A DNA stretch of 64,000 nucleotides, taken from Cyanophora paradoxa CCMP329 (lineage: Eukaryota; Plantae; Glaucophyta). Positions 59,830 through 64,000 of this stretch are shown one piece after another. The translations under genes and the position numbers were made by a program. The DNA lies in assembly GCA_004431415.1 (NCBI GenBank), contig QPMI01000514.1, positions 186,001 through 250,000 on the forward strand, given 5' to 3'. Position 1 is the first letter of the stretch. Every line of letters starts with the position of its first letter. The notes beneath the pieces are model-generated. The model did not search any database and was not told where the DNA came from. It saw nothing but the letters and a program-made list of their open reading frames with translations.

Positions 59830-62800
59830 ATGGCGACGGCTCCGATCGATCCCTCGCCCCCAGCGAAGCGCGCCCGCATCGCCGATGGCCCCGAGCTCCA
59901 AGGTTCGGCCGCGCAGGCGCAGCCCGGGGCGTCGCGCAACCGACGAGACCGCGCGCGCGCGCGGGGGGGCGGCAGAGGCGGATGCTATGGATGCGGAGTG
60001 TGCCGCGGGGCAGATGCCGCCGCCACCTGCGCCGCCGTCCCCGCCGTGCGGGATGACCGCCGGCCCGAGCGCCGCAGCGGGGGACCCTAGGCCTCTGGAT
60101 CTCGGGACGCCCCCGAAGCCGACGCGGGAGCACGAGGCCGACCTGCGGCGCGGCGGGTGCGCCCCGGCCCTCCACCCGCTCCGCTCCGCACTCTCTTTGA
60201 AAGTTTGAGGGCGGGGGCGGGCGCAGGCGGTGTCAGCGGCAGGGCGTCCTCGTCGTTCTCACCCACCAGCGGATCGTCACGCAGGTCCGCCGCGGCCGCG
60301 CCGCGATCGGGCCCCGGCGCTGCCTGATCACCTTCCTCCCCGCCCCAGATCTCCGTCAACTGCCTGGGGGGCCTGGGGTACAGCGCCGAGCAGCTCCTCG
60401 GCCGATCCATCGGTGCGCCCTCCCCGCAAGCGCGAGCGCCGGTGCCTCCTCGAGCTCCGCCGGCCCCGTCCCGATCCTGGTGCACTGGACGCAGACGTGG
60501 CGCTGGACGAGCTGTCGGTGGCGGCGCTGCGGAACGCCCTCGAGCGCTCCGCGGGGGAGTACGGCCTCGGGGACTACGGCATCCTCGACATCGAGGCCGG
60601 AATCCGCACCCCCGCCACCGGCCTCCGCTGGGACGCCGTGCGCGTACCCCCCCACTTCTTCCTCCGGGGGCCCTTGTCTGACGGCGGCGCAGTCGGTGCA
60701 CCGGCCGTTCCCCTTCTCCGAGTCGGCCGCCGCGCGGGGCCTGGCGGTGCGATCTCGATGCGTCGGACTTGGGGCGGGGCTCGGGGCTCAGGGCGGGGCC
60801 CGGGCAGGTGCTGGAGCTCGAGCCGCGCGTGGCGGCGGCGCCCGAGTCCTCCGGCCCGCAGGGCGGCCGCTGCTCGGTGCTCTCCTGGGGCCGCCCCGCC
60901 GACCCCGCCGCCGCCGCCGCCTTCGAGCGCCGCATCCCGCACATCACCGCCAGCGCCGTCCGCCCCGTCATCGGTGCGGGGGGCCCGCCCTCCCCCCCCC
61001 CCCCCCCCCCCCCCTCCCCTTCCCCCGCCCCACCAAGCGGCCGGCGGGCGGCGAGCAGACCGCCTGAACGCGCACTTCTCGGAGACGGCGGTGTGCCAGG
61101 CGGTGGCGGCGGCGCTCGCCTCCCTCACCGACTTTGAGCGCGTCCTCGTCTACCGCTTCTGCGGGTGCGCCGGCCGGGGCGGGGCGAGCGCGGGGGCCGG
61201 CGGGCGGGCCGGCGAGCGGGGGACGGGCAGGGAGGGCCACGGGACGGTGGTGGGCGAGTTCCTGGCCCCGGGCGCCGCGGAGGGCCTCCAGGCCTTCATG
61301 GGCCTCCACTTCCCCTCCTCCGACATGTCTGCCCGCCCCGCACTCTGCCCGCCCCCCGCCCTGGCCCGCCCCGCCCCGCCCGACGGGGCCCTCGCAGCCC
61401 GCGCAACGCGCGGCAGCTCTTCTACGAGAACCGCGTCCGCCTCATACCGGACGCCACCGACGGTGCGCGCGACCCGCCGCGGGCGACACGCGGGGCGTCG
61501 CCTAGAGGGCTTCAAAAGGAGACGAAGCAACGCCTGGGCCTAGGATATAGCAGCGACGAGATGGCTCCTTCACGTGATGCATGTCGCCTCCGGTCTGGGC
61601 GCTAGATCGGCAGCGCCGCTCAGACCACTCGCCTGCCGTCGCGCGCCGGCGCCCGTGTCGGCCACTGACTGCCTGCGCATGACGGCGGCTGGCAGAGGGC
61701 GTGGAGGTCGTGCCCTCCGTCAACCCCGTCTCCCACACGCCCCTCGACATGAGTGCGCCACGTCGGATTCACCTCCCGCCCCCTCCCCTCCCCCGCCCCA
61801 TGCTGCTTCTGACCGCCTCCACTTCCCCACTCCGCTCCGCTCCGCCCGCAGCGCGCTGCACGTGCGCCGCGCCGCCGATCCGCGCTCGCCCCGCCCTGCC
61901 CCTGCCTCCGGCGCCAAATCGGGGCCCCCCTGCGCCCCGCCCCTTGCGCTCGCAGCCTCCGAGCCGCCACCGAGTGCTGCAACCAGGCGAGCCCCCCGCC
62001 CCCCGCATAGAGTGGACCGCCCGGCCCTAGAGAAGCTCGGGGGGTGAGGGGGGAGGGGACGTTAGGGCAGGGATGCCTCGCTGGGCGGCGCTGACAGAGG
62101 GGTGGGGGGGCAGTACCACCGGGTGATCGAGAGCTACGCGCAGCTCATCTTCTGCGTCGTCGTCGAGCGCAAGCTCTGGGGTCCGCCCCGCCCCGCCCGA
62201 TCGCGATGCATCCCTTGGCCGCCGGGCGAGGCATCGAGCGCCGAGCGCCGAGGGGCGGGGGCGGGGCGTGCAGGGCTCATCACGTGCCACTGCCGTCACC
62301 CGCGCTTCGTGCCGGCGGCCTCGCGCAACGCCCTCACGCCCCTCGTGCAAGTCTTTGGCAAGTGCCTCGAGATGGTGCGAGCCGGTCCATCGCGCAAGCA
62401 GCTGCTGATCGCCCCGCCCCTTTGCGGCTGCGCTGGGCCGGGCGGATCCGCATCGGAGCCCCTTCAGATCGGCTCCCTTGCGAGCGCTCGCAATTGAGAG
62501 CGGCGCGCGCAGATCTACCTGGACCGCAAGCGCGAGGCTGAGATGCGCGTCAAGCGACTCTCGCTCGAGGTGCGCGCGGCGGCGCCGCAGTCGCCGTCCC
62601 CGCACCTTCGGCCTTGGTCTGGTCGAACCGCGCCCTCGGGGCAGATGTTCTCGCGGCTGGCGAGCGACCCGGACGGCATCGCCGCCGACCTCTTCCTGCC
62701 GCCCGCCGCCCGGCCCCACCCAGAGGTCACGCTTTCCCTCCCCGCCCCGGCCGGCCCCGGAGGCCTCGGCGGCCCCGCCGGCCCCGCCGGCCTCCCGCGC

Positions 62801-63597
62801 CGGGGGAGCAGCAGCACCAGCAGCAAGATTGATAGGTGCGCGCCCTGCTGGCAAGATGGGCCGGCGCCACGCGACCCACCCGGGTGCGGCAGCATGGAGC
62901 GGCACTCGAACACGCTGCTGGACATCGTCGACTGCTGCGGGGCGGCCGTCGTGCAGGCGCTCGCGCCGGCCTCGCCGCCTGGCGGCAGAGAGGGCTGACT
63001 CGGGGCCGGGGGCGCAGGGGGGCCTCATCACCGCGGCGGGGCTCGTCCCCTCCAACGCCGAGATCCTCGCCCTCGGTGCGAGAGCCGCCTCCCGCTTCCG
63101 CCCTGGCCCCGGGCGGGTCGGCCGGCGACGGTGCGCCGGGCGGACGCTCGCCCGTGACGCCGCCCTCGCGGGGGCGCGCAGTCGACGTGATGAAGAGCCT
63201 GCCGGCGGCGAGCCACGAGAGCAGCGAGGAGCAGACCGACATCCTCACCAGCCTCGCCCTGTCCGCCCCGCCCCGCCCTCGCCCTGGGCGCGCCCCGGGC
63301 CCGATGGCGGCGCGGGGGCGCGCAGGCGGTGCGTGTCGGAGGTGCCGAAGCGGACGGCGACGCTCTGGTTCGCTGAAAGCGCCGTCAGCGAGGTGCGCGG
63401 CGCCGAGCGGGGCCGAGGGGGCGGGGCGGTGGGCCTCGCGCCGCTGAGGGACGCCGCGCGGGGCGCCAGATGGCGACGTGCGCGGCGGGGATGGCCCTCG
63501 GGTGGTTCGGTGGCTTCGCCGCCGCCGCCGTCGAGCGCGGCCACGTCCTCTGGGTCCGCCCCGCCCCCCTCCCGCCCCTCCCCGCCCCTCCCCGCTC

Positions 63598-63629
<32 letters not shown>

Positions 63630-64000
63630 GCAGGTCCAGATCTAGCGATCCACCCGCAGCTTCGCGAGGCTATCGCGCATCTTAACCAAACGAACCTGCT
63701 TAGCCAACGAAACCAATTGCAAACTGACTAATACAAACTAACCAAAACATAACTGCCAAGCCAACGAAACCAGTGACAAATGCGAACTGGCTGAACTGAA
63801 CGCTGCGCAGTTCCGCGAGGCGAAGTCGCGGGCCGTGCACTGGGCCGGGGACGTGGGGCCCTACACGGTGCGCGCCTCGTCCCGGCGGCGCCGGGTGCGC
63901 GGGATGGGAGGCGGGTGCGACGTGCGGGCTGGGCGCAGGTGCGGGAGGGGGTGATGGAGGCGCGGGCGAGCCTCGAGATCTGGCGCCAGCTCGTCGCCGA
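59830..64000 (+). CDS. Phytochrome photosensory core (PAS-GAF-PHY), multi-exon; output module lies beyond the right edge
   Basis: PAS RCQRQGVLVVL..IVTQ|ISVN...AEQLLGRSI, VLELEP; GAF LTDFERVLVYRF, GHGTVVGE, FMGLHFPSSDI|PRNARQLFYENRVRLIPD, PLDMTRCTLRAATECCNQ|Y, KLWG|LITCH; PHY TLLDIVDCCGAAVV, W|FREAKSRAVHWAGD, ARASLEIW. Confidence 0.95.

Noticed and set aside
1-64000. Hundreds of long overlapping Pro/Arg/Ala/Gly-rich ORFs in the six-frame track (e.g. 3033-4751, 4264-6042, 27810-29675, 38996-40780)
   Set aside because: Expected from very high GC and scarce stop codons; they are read-through of introns or antisense shadows of the spliced genes.
32926-64000. Functional light-to-cAMP cluster linking the phytochrome and the adenylate cyclase
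   Set aside because: They are ~16 kb apart with unrelated genes between; proximity alone is no evidence in a eukaryote.

Overview
This is a GC-rich eukaryotic nuclear window with very many short (~55-90 nt) spliceosomal introns, many with GC instead of GT donors, so most ORFs in the supplied track are fragments or spurious. I spliced the genes by hand. About 13 protein genes, left to right: PUS7/TruD (-, cut by the left edge); TTC14-like S1+TPR+RS protein (+); an orphan disordered protein (+); a degenerate DUF4062-NACHT-TPR protein (-); a protein with four divergent AP2-like repeats, each carrying an unfamiliar C-terminal extension (+); an intronless orphan (-); a bacterial-like DJ-1/PfpI protein (-) head-to-head with a cyanobacterial-type RecD2 helicase that has a presequence and an SSB-tip-like tail (+); a TmcB-like membrane PAS-adenylate cyclase (-); an MLKL-like four-helix-bundle/EF-hand-like/ARM protein (-) head-to-head with an intact, MGCC-starting DUF4062-NACHT-TPR STAND protein (+); a small TPR protein (-); and a phytochrome with Cys-Cys in place of Cys-His (+, cut by the right edge). 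The phytochrome, the Phe-starting presequence and the intron style suggest a glaucophyte alga such as Cyanophora (inference). The best candidates for something new are the MLKL-like/STAND divergent pair, the extended AP2 repeat, and the RecD2 tail. All family calls are by motif recognition; no searches were run, and exon boundaries are manual.
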